Source: Amoebophrya sp. A120 (Eukaryota > Protista > Dinoflagellata). Taken from it: a stretch of 64,000 nucleotides of DNA. The position numbers and the translations under genes are program-made. Below, one piece after another: positions 36,318 to 49,320 of this stretch (position 1 is its first letter; each line of letters starts with the position of its first letter). The DNA lies in contig CAJINV010000008.1 of assembly GCA_905178155.1 (NCBI GenBank), positions 2,232,001 through 2,296,000 on the forward strand, in the 5' to 3' direction. The notes beneath the pieces are model-generated. The model worked only from the letters and a program-made list of their open reading frames with translations. It was not told the origin of the DNA and did no database searches.

Positions 36318-36705
36318 AAACAAGTGCAGCCCCCGATAGCCCCACCTACACGAAAGACCAAAGAGTTTTGTGTTGCATGTGAACAAGCTCATCTATGTTC
36401 GATTTCCGATTGGAGGGCACAGTGATAGTGGCTGATGCTTTTTGCATGGACAAGCAGAGTCGTGAAGAAGCTTATCGCAGCGAACAAATATTTATATATA
36501 GATACATCCACAAGAAAACCTTCTCAACTTCTTGCGGCCATTCGAGACACCTTTTGATTTTCAATGACTTCAGGTCAAAAATTTATCACACATTATTGCA
36601 GCAGCAGCACATGATGCACATTCTTTAGACATTCGGCGGCGCTGCCATCTCGTCGAGTGGGGGGCTAAGGCGAGGGGGCTCTTTTCATTTCCATACCCAC
36701 CGAAT

Positions 36706-38391
36706 GTGTTGCAAGCCAGAATCGAAGCCGATATCAGGAGGCATGAGAATGCGAGCCGCAACGGCGAAAAGCAGAGCGAGCATCCTAATTCTCCTCGAGG
36801 CGCCACTTTGACCACGCCTTTCCCAGCACGAAATGCTCTCGGGGGTGCGACATCGCCTGTTGGGAATGGTGGCGCAGTTGTTGGAGGGGCTAATACAACT
36901 AAGGCGACGAGCGTGGTACTATCATCCAGATACGACATGAAGAGCCATGTGTTGGTTCTCCAGGAAAGTGCCACCCCGGCGAACGAAGTGTCCACGTCGC
37001 AGCAGATGCAAATGAATCCGCAGCCGCACATTACCGCAGATTTCGCAGTGGCTCACCAGTTGAAGTCAGTCCGGGTGCAGCACGACCATAATTTGCATCC
37101 CGAGCAGCAGCTGCGCCCGACCGAGGCGCAACTGCAACACTTGGAGCAGGGATCCGCCATTGCCTTGGAGAACGGGCGAATCGTCCTAGACCTGGACTAC
37201 CTCTCTGTTTTATGCAATGCAACCAACTTCTAAAGCATCCGGTTCCGGTCGTCGAACGTAATTGCCTGACAAAGAACTTTTTCAGTATTGTATTCTATTA
37301 CAGAAGTTATTACCTTCAGAATCAGAAATAACAGAATTTGTCATGCAGGCAACGGTTCTACTTCTAATCTATGCACAGGGACAGCCAATATCTCCTTGAC
37401 GATTGCAAGTAGTTGTTCTACGAGTTGTCTACCACGCCGGCGATGCTTTTGTACAACGGCATATCCTCCGGGACAGAGCGATTACCCCTCCTACTACGCA
37501 CCAGACGGGGTGGAAGTGTCGCAGTTCATCGACACGGCCAGCCGGAACTTCGAGTTCACCTTCTCGGCCAGAACGACCGACGAGTTATCCTACAGAAAGC
37601 ACGTGCACCCATCTCAGAAGAAAGTATGCATTTGTGTTGGTTTTGTTGTGCCATGTACTAGGAATTTCAAGCGCTTTTGGCTGTTGAGCATGAAAATTTT
37701 TTGTTTGCCTGCTAAGAAAGCAATCGCAGGAACGCGTTGCAAACTGATCCCGTATGATGACAGGTAGAATACTCTGTCTCTCTTTTGGTCTCCGCATTGC
37801 AGAGTACTTACGCGAGAAAAACAGCAACCACGCAAATAAATTTTCTTTCTCTTATGGGTGGAGTCTTTTTTAGGATGCGAGTCGCCCCACGAAAGTTGTA
37901 GTCGGGCCGCAGCGTCGGGCGTCGAGGACAAGGACCACCTCTCAGCGAGGGGACAAGAATCGAATAGAAGCAGGAGGGCGTTTTCTTTGCCCAGTGCACA
38001 CGACGAGCAGCAGCACAAGTTGGACTTGTTTCCCGGCACGTTTTCGGCAGCCGCCGCGACTTGCGGCACGAGCCTGCCGCCCATAGTAGAAGCAGATGAT
38101 CAAGAAGTAGGTCCTTCGATGCGGACAACCCAAGAAGAACTGCGGGGTCCTCGTAGAAGATCTTCGCCCGCCTCGTCGTCCACGACTGCCGACCACCTGC
38201 ATCAATTTTTCCTGTTACCCCAGCCCTCTTGTGGCTCCGACGCGAGCGTTTCGCCGTTCATTCTAGAAGCGACCGGCTCGGAGGTGGTCGACGCGTTGGC
38301 GGCCGAAGATGGCGAAGTGGAGGCCGTGCAGGAGGAGGCGAGCAACGGAGCCGGGACAGAAAAACGAACGGTGGAAGATGCGCAACTGTAA
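36706..38391 (+). CDS. Hypothetical protein, at least 3 exons, start uncertain
   Basis: ORFs 36706, 37288 and 37858 join in frame after removing 37211-37468 and 37586-37882. Confidence 0.55.
37586..37877. mobile_element. Introner, degenerate TIR
   Basis: TATCCTA...TAGGATG; TSD CGAGT. Confidence 0.75.
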
Positions 38392-40781
38392 GAGCAGCAA
38401 AAAGTAGTTGTACAGTACAATGAAGTCGCGTGTTGTTTTACTAGGGTGAGTGGTACATTGTTCCCAGACATCGAGAAAATGAACATGTAGTGTTTAGTGA
38501 TGGCCTTTACTTCTGCAACTTGAAGAATCTTGTGGTTGTCCTCACCTTTCCTGAGGAAAATTTTTGTACAAAAAGTCAAGGTATTAAGCCACGAGGTTGT
38601 ACTTGTAGCTTTTAGTTTTGACAATTGAGACGAACCAACTTTTGGCGACGTGCAAGATGAAGCGCAGTTAACACACATAGTAAGTACATAGTACGTAGTC
38701 GACCGTATGATCCCGCTTTGCGGGCAGCGGGCTTATTCGCATTTTTTTTTCTGGCTGTACTCAAACACAGCTACCATAGCGACAGAGGCTGCCATACTCT
38801 CTTGCTCAACAGTTGAAAGACAGGTAGAGCCAACAGCTTTACTCACAACTTGACAAGAACACGCAGCGAAGTAAAGTAGTAAGTGCTGACGCACTCTACC
38901 CAACCAAGTCAAAATTATCGTGGTTTCGATTTGGAAGAACAGTCGGACCAAAAGTATACGTAAACCGAAGGAATGTCTACAAGATTTAGTTGAGTACATC
39001 GAGAAAGTACCCCTCTCAGGACTGTTGGATTCAGTCAGTACGAGCGAACAGCGCCCAACACGATGATAAACATGATCAGGAGGTAGAGTAAACATAGATA
39101 CGTATAGGAAGATACCAAGAAAATTGTTTCCTAGTCGTGTGCACGCAAGCGTGAAGATAGCTCGCATTTTCTATGGTTTGTTTGATGTGTTCGAATCTGT
39201 TCATGACAAATTGCGGTGTAGTATTGTGCGACGTTGGGTCTACTGACGAGATGTAGAAGTCTAGAATCGACGATCTACACTGTCGAGTGTGAAGATCATG
39301 CAGCCCTGGGCTGCATTGTCTGAAATTTCGATTTGCACGTGCACCAGCGTCATATCAAGCGGCGAATGCTCACGCTCGAAACTCTAACATTGTAGATGAA
39401 GATGTGCGTGGTCTCAGTACTCACTGTATGAAAAGCAAGGACAAGAAGGACCGTGCATCTGAAACTCACGGGTGCCATGTTTTTACATGGAGCGCGCAGC
39501 TGGTTTTACGAAGAATGTGACGCGGCTCTAGTTATTAATGCAGTGATGATCAACATGTTGTACTTGATCGAGGTCGATTGTTGGCGAGAATTTTTGCGTG
39601 CTGTTTTGTCCCAGTCAACGAACCAAATACGACAAGTGCAATAATGTATAGAGAGGCGAAGTAAAGTACACATGTATAAACATGCGGCGGGTTTGATGTG
39701 GTATGTCAATAGACATGCACTTCTTCGCGTAGAGCCCAGATAGAAGCAGAAGCGAAGCCGCCTTCGTTCTTGAAAGGAGTCTGTGGTGAGTCACACTCCC
39801 ACAGAAGGATCACAACTATATTACCAGGCGCACCATCACTCATGCTGAAAGACAGGTGGATCTTCGAGACAACAAGGAGACCGTGCGTTTCGTAAGCTCT
39901 CTCTGAAGAGGAGCAAAAACACCATAATTGTGGAGAAGTAGATGCTTTAGAAAAAGTAGAACGACCTGAGATGGACGCAATGGATTGATGGGAGTTTTAC
40001 GATCACTACGGTGTTGAAGTCTGTAGTTTGCCTATCGCCAAGAATCTGCACAGCAGCAGCTTACAGAAGAATATGAAGTGCAAGAGCACAGGGTCGCGAG
40101 ATGTTTATCGTACGGCTTCAGCGTCGGACTCGGAGGTTTCGAATGTGGTATAAAATGGCAGAGGCCCCGAAGAAGATGCACCGGGCCAGTTAGCTTTTTT
40201 TGCTTTTTATTTTCCACGACTTTCTGCATTTGCGATTCAACACCATCAACAGTTTGACTTGGATCTGATCATCGTCTAACCTCGCTCGTGATCCATCCTC
40301 TGCCTCACTGCCTGGTGAAAGTATCTATTTACAACCTGGTCCGTGGTGTTGTGTTTCCTCTCCGCTTGGCTGTCCGGTGCGGTGCACGAAAGAAATCCTG
40401 TTTGCGCACGACGAAATCGTACTTGTCGCAGACGACAGCTGGATTGGTGTCAGGCTACAGTCGCAGACGACAGCTAACACGAGGAGCTGGCAAAAATGGC
40501 CGGTCCAACGGAAGCAAACGATCAGGCTTCCGAGTTGAAAATTGACGCAACCACTTCCGCAACAAGTCGCCCGCAATCTCAGCAACCTGCTGCCACAATG
40601 CAGGGCTCTGAACAGCAAGTATAGAAAAACGGGCTTTTTCATCGCGTTTCATTTTTCAGGATTTTTGGAGGACACTCGTGCTGCTTTTAATTCAGGACTT
40701 TTTATACGTTGTTGACATGAAGATGCTGATGGTGTACACACAAAAACAAATAATAAATGATCTTCTCCTCATTTCACAACA

Positions 40782-41118
40782 GAGTAAGGCTCCCGCAGTG
40801 AGCGTGATAAACTACTCGAAGTGGGACAACATTTATGCAACCAAACAACTGCATCGCAGTCGCTCACATTTTTGCCAGTTTTGCATCAGAAATTTTTCCT
40901 GCATAACAATTGTTTCGTGTATTGCAAAAACATCAGGGATAAAATCCAAACCGCGTATGAACTTTGACTGTGATGCATTTTTGCGCATGGGCATGTCAGA
41001 TTCCTCTTGTATCGCAGAAATGCGTGGTAAATGTAAAAGTGATTGTGATCATGGTGTTTCTTTCTTGGATATCGTTGACGACAGCGACAGCGACGAGGAA
41101 GATCGCGAGTACCGCTAG
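40782..41118 (+). CDS. Possible 3' exons of a small protein ending in NYSKWDNIDDSDSDEE
   Basis: Removing degenerate element 40834-41076 joins NYSKWDNI to DDSDSDEEDREYR*. Upstream exons not found. Confidence 0.35.
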
Positions 41119-41459
41119 TATGGCCTGCTCTGATTGAGCAAGCTCAACCGGAACTACAAGATGTGATGCAAAATGCGGTTGACGATAGCATAGACATAGA
41201 TGTAGATCGGCCTACGCCTTGGTCTAGCTACCAGAATTCGAGCCACCTAGCATGACACGACTCTGACACAAATCCGAACCGCATGACTTGAAATTCGCCG
41301 CAGGAAGCAGAATAGTATCCCTTCTGCCATTTGTTTTTGTAGTGCGAAGCACATTTTTTCTTCCAGGGCTTTATATTAGGCCTGATTTTATACATAGATC
41401 CAGTCTCAATTGAGTTTGTTCCAGCTGAGCAGGGCATAGGTGCCGGCGGTGGCAGTGGT

Positions 41460-44400
41460 ATCGCGCGGCTGTGACGGGGGAGAAAAAAAAGGTTCAGATT
41501 ACGGACATTAACTCCGTGGATACCCTGCAGCAGTACATGAACGAACGGTGTCTGATATCGTCCTGTGTAACAACGTCCCCACCCCATAGTCAAGATGGGC
41601 ATGGGCTGTCGCGCATGACGCATTTGGCTGTTGCTCACCGTACTTATTGAGGGATGGTTAGTAGCTACTGAGGACCGCATCAGTGTTTGATCTATCATTT
41701 TATGCTGATCATAGAAAAAAAACAACTCTTCATAACACCAACACAAAATGCTCCTTATTTTGGGGCTGCGCATGAGACGCCGAGATATATAAATATAATC
41801 CCGAGCATGCAAATTTGCAAAGCAAAAAAAGCTGGTGGGGTGAGGGCTTTATTTTTACTCAGGATATCTGAAGCCCGACGACTTTCCCCCGGGGGTGCTG
41901 GAGCAGGGCAGTCTGGCGCTGGTCCGCAGGTTCTTGCAAAATCACGGAGACGTTTTGTTCCGCGCTCTGTCGGGGCTTCGCGACGAAGACTTCCCGAAAA
42001 TGCAGAGACTACACAAGGAGAGCATCGTATCCCACGAAAAAACTGTTTCACTGTGATGATTTTGCAAGATCTGCATCACAAGTTTGCTACACATGACACT
42101 GAAAATTTGTCATGTGCGCTTCCCAAGGGAAAACACGCTTGAAAATCCAATGCCTTGCAGGTGCAGCAAGACAAAGAGTTCTGTGTTTCATTTTCTGCAT
42201 CACAAGTTCACAGTGAAACAGTTTTTTCTTGCGATACATTGCCTACAAAGGCGATCATGCTGCGGACGAGGAGCCGAGCAAGTACTTCGTGAGTTCCAAG
42301 GCCTGGAAGGAGAGGCAGAAAAAGACCCGCGCGGTCTGGGACACCGCTCTGGGCGAATTGCTGAAGCCGAGCTCATCTTCTGCCACTAGTGGAGTGAACC
42401 CCGCTTCCCAGTCCAAGGAGGCCAAGAAAAGCATAAAAGATGAACTGTCGATGAAAAGCAGTGCAAGCAACAGAACCTCCCCTTCTGCCGCTACTTCTGC
42501 ACGACCACTGGGGAGCTGCACTACTAGTGGTCCACTCTCGACGTTGCTGGAATCGGATGAAAACGAAAAGAGCGCATCTTCTTCAAGTTCCCGGAACAGT
42601 AACAAAGCGTCGAAAATGAAGATCATTTTTTGTCCCGTTGACGCTGAGGAAAACGCGGATAAATCATGTTCTTTGACCACGCAGGCGGGTGGTTCCTGCG
42701 ACAAGGAAATTATAACGTTAAAAGAGCAACAACTGCATCAAAGTAGAAAGAACGCGCAGAGTGTTCACCTTGGTACTGGTGCAGCGAGCAGCAATCAAGA
42801 GAGCGCCACATTTTCGAAATCGAAATGCACTACCGGACCGGGTCGTCGTCGTGCTCGTGGCGCCGCCGCACCAGCTGCTGGCTCTACAGTTGTAGCAGCA
42901 ACAGGACGAGCTCCACCTGCCGCCCACAGCAACTCGAGCAGCTGCCGGGCGACGGACGAGATTTTTAGCAATGTTTCATCTCCGAACACGACCGACGCAC
43001 CGGAGCAAGTACAACAAGCAGAAAGCGATGTCGGAGCAGACAATGTTGTCCATACAGATCACGACGAAGCTGATGCTCTGCTCTCTGACGTCGACGATGA
43101 GGAAGTAGAAGATGAGGATGTTCTACTTGAGGCCCTCGGCTCCGAACAGGCACAAGATGACAAAAACACTTCCGCCGACGAGGAGGAGATTGAAGATGCG
43201 CAAAGTTGTGCTTCAAGTTGCTGTTCTGACGCAATAGACTTGGGGGAGCGACGCAGCTCCTGCAGTGCCCCGTCGGTGGAGGAGGGCGAACAATCAGTGG
43301 ACGGCGAGGAGGAAGACGTTGCGCTTGACACCGACGACGAAGCAGTGGAAGAAGAGAAAGACGGCCTCGAGGTCGAGGACCAGTCCGACTGCTCGCATGA
43401 GGAAGTAGTAGATGACTGCTCCGGAGAGGAGCAGGAAGCGGACGAAGAGGTGGAAGGAGATTCGTCCTGTTGCGAGGAGGACCCGCAGATGTCAAGCGAC
43501 GAAGAGGAAGCCGAGGAGGGAGAGCTTTTGACTAGTTCCTCTGAGGTAGATGAGGACGTAGAAGCAGAAGATGTTGAGGAGGACGAGGAAGCAAAAAAAT
43601 CAGATAACGTGACCGCATCAAGCAGTTGTAACTCTTGTGCAAAAAGAACATGTGAAGAACAGGCGAAGCATGAAGAAGTAGATCAACAACAAGGTATTAT
43701 TGACAAAGCGGCACCGAAGAAGAGGAAGATTAAACAGGTTTGCGACATCAAGGCGCCAGCGCAGGCGGCATTCGAAGCAGGTGCGGATCAGACACGCAGA
43801 GAAGATGCTGTTGAGTTGGTTGGTATCACGCGTTGCGACGCAGAGACCGCGAGGAAAATCCTGGACGCGCAGGCCGACGGCAATGGTGGAAAGAACAGGA
43901 GTCTTACTATGATGGGCGACTTCGTTATGGTGCCGGTAATGATGTCCTCCGGGAGCAGTGGGACCACGCTGCCTGATCAGCTTCATATTGCGCCGCAAGG
44001 CGGCGATGTTCCAGCGGCTTCGGTTTGCCGCGCCGGTCGTGGAGCAGCTGTTGCCGAGGAGAAGGGGAAGAATCACAAGACCGCTGGAAAGAAAAAGCCT
44101 TCTACCTCCGCCACCAAGAATACCCGTAGTGGTCTTGCAACCGCGAAGATGCAGAAGGACGCAGAAGGTGATGTGGTGGAACCACAAACACACGGCCGAT
44201 TACAGCAGGAGCAAGTCATGCATCAAGGACCGCCTTCCACACACCAGAAAAGGAAGCAAGCAATCAAATGCATCAGGGAGATGATGCTGATGCGCAAAGT
44301 AATTTCCCACATCGAACCCATCGATGCGCCGTCGTCCCCGAAGAAAACACGGGTTGAAGAGCTGTTGATCCGCCGCATCGAAGCCGATTCAGACCAAGAT

Positions 44401-47400
44401 GCTGAGAGCGAAGCAGGGAGAGAGGTGGCTGGGAGCATTGGCGGACCCTCCTTCTCTAGCAGCACCGCGAGAAAATCAACTCAAGAAAATAAACCTGAAG
44501 AAAGTCGCAACGACCTACAAAGCTCGCCAGCTGCAGTGCCGTCCTCGTGCCAACAGCTATCATCTTCCGGTAAGGAACCCAATGAATGCCAGATTTTTCA
44601 TCCCGCAAGTCAACCAAAAGCGGCCAAGAAAGCTGCGAAACGATCAAGGAAGAAGCGGAAGGGACGACGAGCACCAGTTGATCCAGACGATTTTTCCCGC
44701 CGTGCAGATGAAATTGGAAGCTCTAGTAGAAGCTCCTCGGACCACCGGACACCCCCGAAAGCGAGGCGCATCATGCTGCTTTTGCGCGCGGCCGCGGTGC
44801 GGCAGGGCGAGGAACTTGTGACTTGCATTAATCCCAAGAGGCCACAGGTGCTGCGCTCGCTTTGTTCCATTCCTTTCTTGAAAAAGGGACGCTTGTTGAC
44901 AGCAGAAGGGAAGACGAAACTCAGAATCGATTTCCCACATCAACAGGGGGGAAAAGTGAAGCACTCCCAGCGACCCGTCTACGTGCAGTGCAGCAAAAGT
45001 AGATCTGCTATCTCGTTTACTAGCGCGATTCGTCCCGCTGCGGGACGTCGACGTGGCTCTGCTGCGCAGCCGGGCTGCCGTAGAGCCGTGATCAAAACGA
45101 TGCCCTCCGTCTGGCCCCAGAGTTGCGCGTATGAGAGTTGTGCATAAATCTCCACGCGTAGGGCGCCCTCATTTCTTGTTTATTCGAAGGGTACTTTTAT
45201 GTATGACTAGATAGAAGAACTCTAGCGCTGGTGGGCTTGAGTAGAGTTTTTAGAGATGCAGCAGGATGATCCTGTTGTTGTGTGTGGAAACAAACAAACT
45301 CGCTCGCAGGATTGCAATGCTCGTCTTGGCAGGTGTGCGATTGCTTGCCAACATAGAAGGCACAACTCAACTGACAATAAAGGCTTCTAAGGCATAAATC
45401 TAAAATATGAATTTTGAACATACAGTAGACACAACAATAAACGAGGGAGAGGACCACGCGTGGACGAGTTGTCAACTCGGATAGCACAAATCGGCTGTAC
45501 GTGAACGGCATGGTGGTGCGCTGCAAGAACGACCGCATGAAGGATCTGCTGCACACCGCCAAGTACGACTGTGCGCGGTTGGATGCCCCCGCATTGTTGG
45601 CTGATTTGCAAAGGGAACGGCAACAGGCCCACGAGATGAAGAAGGCGGAAGTACTAGACAAACCACACGAAGACGAGCAGGAGGGCCATGGAGTTGTCCA
45701 CAGGAGCGCGGAAGATGAAGTTCTGGATTCATCTGGACATGAACATCAAGAAGTTTCCTCTCACGCGGAGCCGCAAAGATGGGGGAGGTCGCAAAAAGTG
45801 CCCTCCTGGGTGCTGGAGTCCTCTGAAGATGAAGGTAGTTCGGACCTCGATTCATCTGCCTGTTCATCCGAACAAAACTTTTCGCCACCGTCAGAGGAGG
45901 ACGAGGACAATTCCAGTGGACAACAAGATGAGGACGCGACCGCGGAGCTCATGAACTACCCAGAGCGTCCCAGACACGCACGGGCGGTGGGCAAAATAGA
46001 CCCGCGCACAGGTGCTGATGAGAACCATAACGTCTTCGTGCGGCGTGAGTCTCTGGACACCTACCCGGACGAGGAATCCCGCGCAGCGGCTGAGCTGCTG
46101 GAGCAGGAGGAGAACCTCCTTCGCGGCGCTGAGCTGCTCGAGCAGACTTCCACCCCGTCGTCCGACGATGAAGAAACGTGCACGGTGGCGGACCTGCCCG
46201 AAGCCGGTGATGACCAAGAAGAAGATGAGTGTGCCTGTCGCGAGTCGCGAAACTGCAGGGGGACGTCGACCGAGGAGGAACAGCAACATTTTCCCACCGA
46301 TGAAGATACAACTTGTGCCGTAGTTTGTTCGCGAGACCTCCCAAGCTCCGTCGTGGGTCGCAGAAGCCGCAAACAATCTCTGGAAAATGACGAGAAGCGT
46401 GAAGATGTAGCTGGAGCAGTGGCTCAAGAGAATAGTAAAGATGAAAACTCTAGTACTACTTCTCCCGTGAAGATGAAGATGGAGGTTCTCGTCCCAGGCT
46501 GCGCGACGAGCAAAGGAGGTTCTTTCGTCACCAGAACGCGAGGACACCGGACCGGTAGTGGGTACAGCATTCACACGAGGAGCTCCTCCGAAACAAGCTA
46601 CCCGGGAGGTGATTCCGCTGACGCAGATGAACAACGGCAGCACTACAGTGGAAGCAGCGACTCCGTTACGAGTGAGCAGGAGCGCGAGGCAAGACGGGAG
46701 GCGGAAGCCGCCGGGGCGGCGTTTTTCTCCCTTCGCAAGCAGCAGCAAAACCGGCGGCGGGAGAAATTCAGGCTGCGGATGAGGTGCGACGACAGGAAGA
46801 AGAAGTGGAAGAGGTATGAGGCCAGGAAGCGGCAGGCGGAAGCGGACGCGGCGTCGGCAGCAGCAGCAGCAGCAGCGGGTGTCGAAGCAAATCAGCAACG
46901 GGAGGCCCCGGCGGGTGCGGGATCTGGAAGTGGAGTTCCTGTCCCTGCGTTGGAAAATGATAAAGACACTGTTAACAACATCAAAGAACCAGCAGAAACA
47001 CAACATCTTCGAAGGAGACCACAGTTACCACCCTGTGTGGCCTCTTCCTTGATTCCCACACACCTGGTTCATCCCGAGGTGGTGTTTCAGCCCCCGGCGC
47101 GGTCCACTCGGATGGCCGCAACTGCTACGGTCCAGGACGCAGCAGTTCTTGATGCCTGTTGGACCACCGGCGTGCTGGATGCGGGAGTGCTTGACGCAAA
47201 CTGGACGGGCGTTGCGCCGGTGCCGAAGAAGCGAACCAGTATTCCCGTGACCGCTGCCGCACTCGGGATGGTCAAAGCCACGCCCCCGAGCGGCCGGAAG
47301 GGCGCAAAGCAAGCGAGCCGATTGGCATCGCAGGGTGGCAAGGTACTAAAGGGTGTTGGGACGCAGCAGCAGCAGCAGCAGCGGCAAGAAAGGTCCTCTC

Positions 47401-48578
47401 CAGTACAACTACAAGCCGGGGCGGGAAGCAAGTCAGCCGTGACCACCTCCGTGACCGTGCACAGCTCGTCGACGGCGGCTGGTCAGCACAATAGCAGGAG
47501 CGGGGCTGCTCCAGCTCCTCCAGTCCTTTCGGCCGACGGAGCTGCTGGAACGTTGCAGACCTGCAACGTCGCTGATGGAGTGGTGACACAGGAAAATCTT
47601 GCCACCACAACTCGCGAAGATCAAGCTGCCAGTGTTTCCACTGCTCAGCCGCATAGTTGTAGAAGTACTTCAAGAACTTCTACTCATCTCAACCCGACCC
47701 CGACACGCAAAACTGTAGGGTCCTCTGGTGGTGCAGGAGTTGTGAATACTGGTGGTAGTACAACAACAAAGAACGGCGCAAGAACCACAGCAGGTGCTGG
47801 AGGTACAACAGCAACTGCAGCCCCTCCCTCAATGTCAACGACGAAGAAGAACCACACACCCCCTGCGCAAAAGTCCTCGTCGGGTACTGGTCAAAATAAG
47901 AAGCTAAGCACGACAGCGACGCAGCAGGATTCTTGGTACAACTCGATTCAGTCGCAGGCACTGGCCCTAACTTCCAGCGCTTCGCAGCTGTCGACCGCTG
48001 GAATCGACCCCATGACGCGGAACCAGGTGCTGCGGAAAGTGATGGACTACTTTGACGAAAAGAACTTCGAAGACCTTCGCGTACTCATCTCCACACTCGT
48101 GGAGTTGCTGCAGTACCAGATGGATGACAAATTCATCTCCTCGAACGAAAGCAGCTGCAGCAGCGCCACCACGTCACAAGGCCGTGTTCTTGACGAGGTT
48201 GGCTGCGCCACTACGTCAACAACCACTGGAGGTGTAGCTCAGGAGAGAACTTGTACCCAACAACAAGTAGTACTCTCAACTGCCTCTACTTCTATTTCAG
48301 GGTTCCTCGCACCAGCTCCACCTATCGTTAAGCCTGGTGTAGTTGATCAGCATTTTTACGTGCACCGATCCGCATCAGCGCCCGGTGGGCGCCACCACAT
48401 CAAGCAACGCACGACCCGGGACGAAGGCGGGCCCTCGAAGAAGGTCAACATGATTTCCCTCGCGACGGAAGAGAATGCCAATGCGCCGACAAATATTGTT
48501 CTTGACAACTCGAAAAGTATAAACGGTGCGCCAGTTGTAGGACGAGAGGACGACTGCACGTTGGCAACTAGTATGTAG
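41460..48578 (+). CDS. Very large acidic/Ser-Thr-rich low-complexity hypothetical protein; start uncertain
   Basis: Short exons (...YMNERCL|KPDDFPPG...HKESI|AYKG) join ORF 42229. Removing 45130-45488 joins that ORF in frame to ORF 45501. Confidence 0.65.
41556..41866. mobile_element. Introner family E
   Basis: TSD TCTGA. Confidence 0.8.
42028..42236. mobile_element. Introner family D
   Basis: TIR TATC.CA.GAAAAAACTGTTTCACTGTGA; TSD CATCG/CATTG. Confidence 0.9.
45130..45483. mobile_element. Degenerate introner
   Basis: TATGAGAGTTG...CAACTCGGATA; TSD GCGCG/GCACA; frame restored. Confidence 0.6.
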
Positions 48579-48589
48579 TGAGGTCACCG

Positions 48590-49290
48590 AACGGTTCTAA
48601 CCGGGGAGTTTTTTTGACACCCAGCCAGCAAAACGGCCGGCAGTTTTCAAGCGGCCGAAGGCGTTTTTTGACATAAAAAATTTTCAATTATCAAGCGGGC
48701 GGGGCTTTGATATCAAACAAGCCCGGTCGAAAACTATCGATTCGCACTTGATAAAACGACGCAGGGGAGCCGGCAAAAGGGGCGCCCTTCTGAGGAGCCC
48801 ACCGCCTTAGTTTGTGGCGGTTTGGGGCGCCCAAAAAGAGGCGCGCAGAAAACGCGCCCAAAATCAGAACAGCGGAACAGCATGGCACGGCCGCGATTTC
48901 GAAGCATTTTGGGCGGCCGCGAAAGCGGCCGCCTTTTCGCCGGTTTCAGAGCCTGGGGAGCTTTGCAAAAAGCGCCGGCGTGAAAAATAAAAACGCAAAA
49001 GAGAAAAAGCGCGCTAGACGCGCAAAGCCAACCCGCATGCTACGGGCCCGATTTGTCTTCGCTTTTTGGGCGCCCCCCGTGGCGCCCGGATCGGCCCCAT
49101 AGCATGGGGGCTCGCTTTCGGAAAGGAATTTTGGAAATGTGCCAAAATTTGTGACGTTTCTCAAGTGACCGCCATACCGTGCGGCATGACGTTACTCGCG
49201 GCGGTATGGCGAGCCCAGAAAAAGCAAAGCCGCGGCCAAGGCGGCTGTCGGAAAAAAAACGCCCACGACCTCACTACCCCCGCCCCGGCG
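48590..49290. other. Compositionally distinct, hairpin-rich intergenic segment
   Basis: Alternating A/T tracts and GC palindromes; GGCGGCCGC-GAAA-GCGGCCGCC at 48912-48933. Confidence 0.5.
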
Positions 49291-49320
49291 GCTATATTTG
49301 GTATCGTTGCGGAGGAGAAA

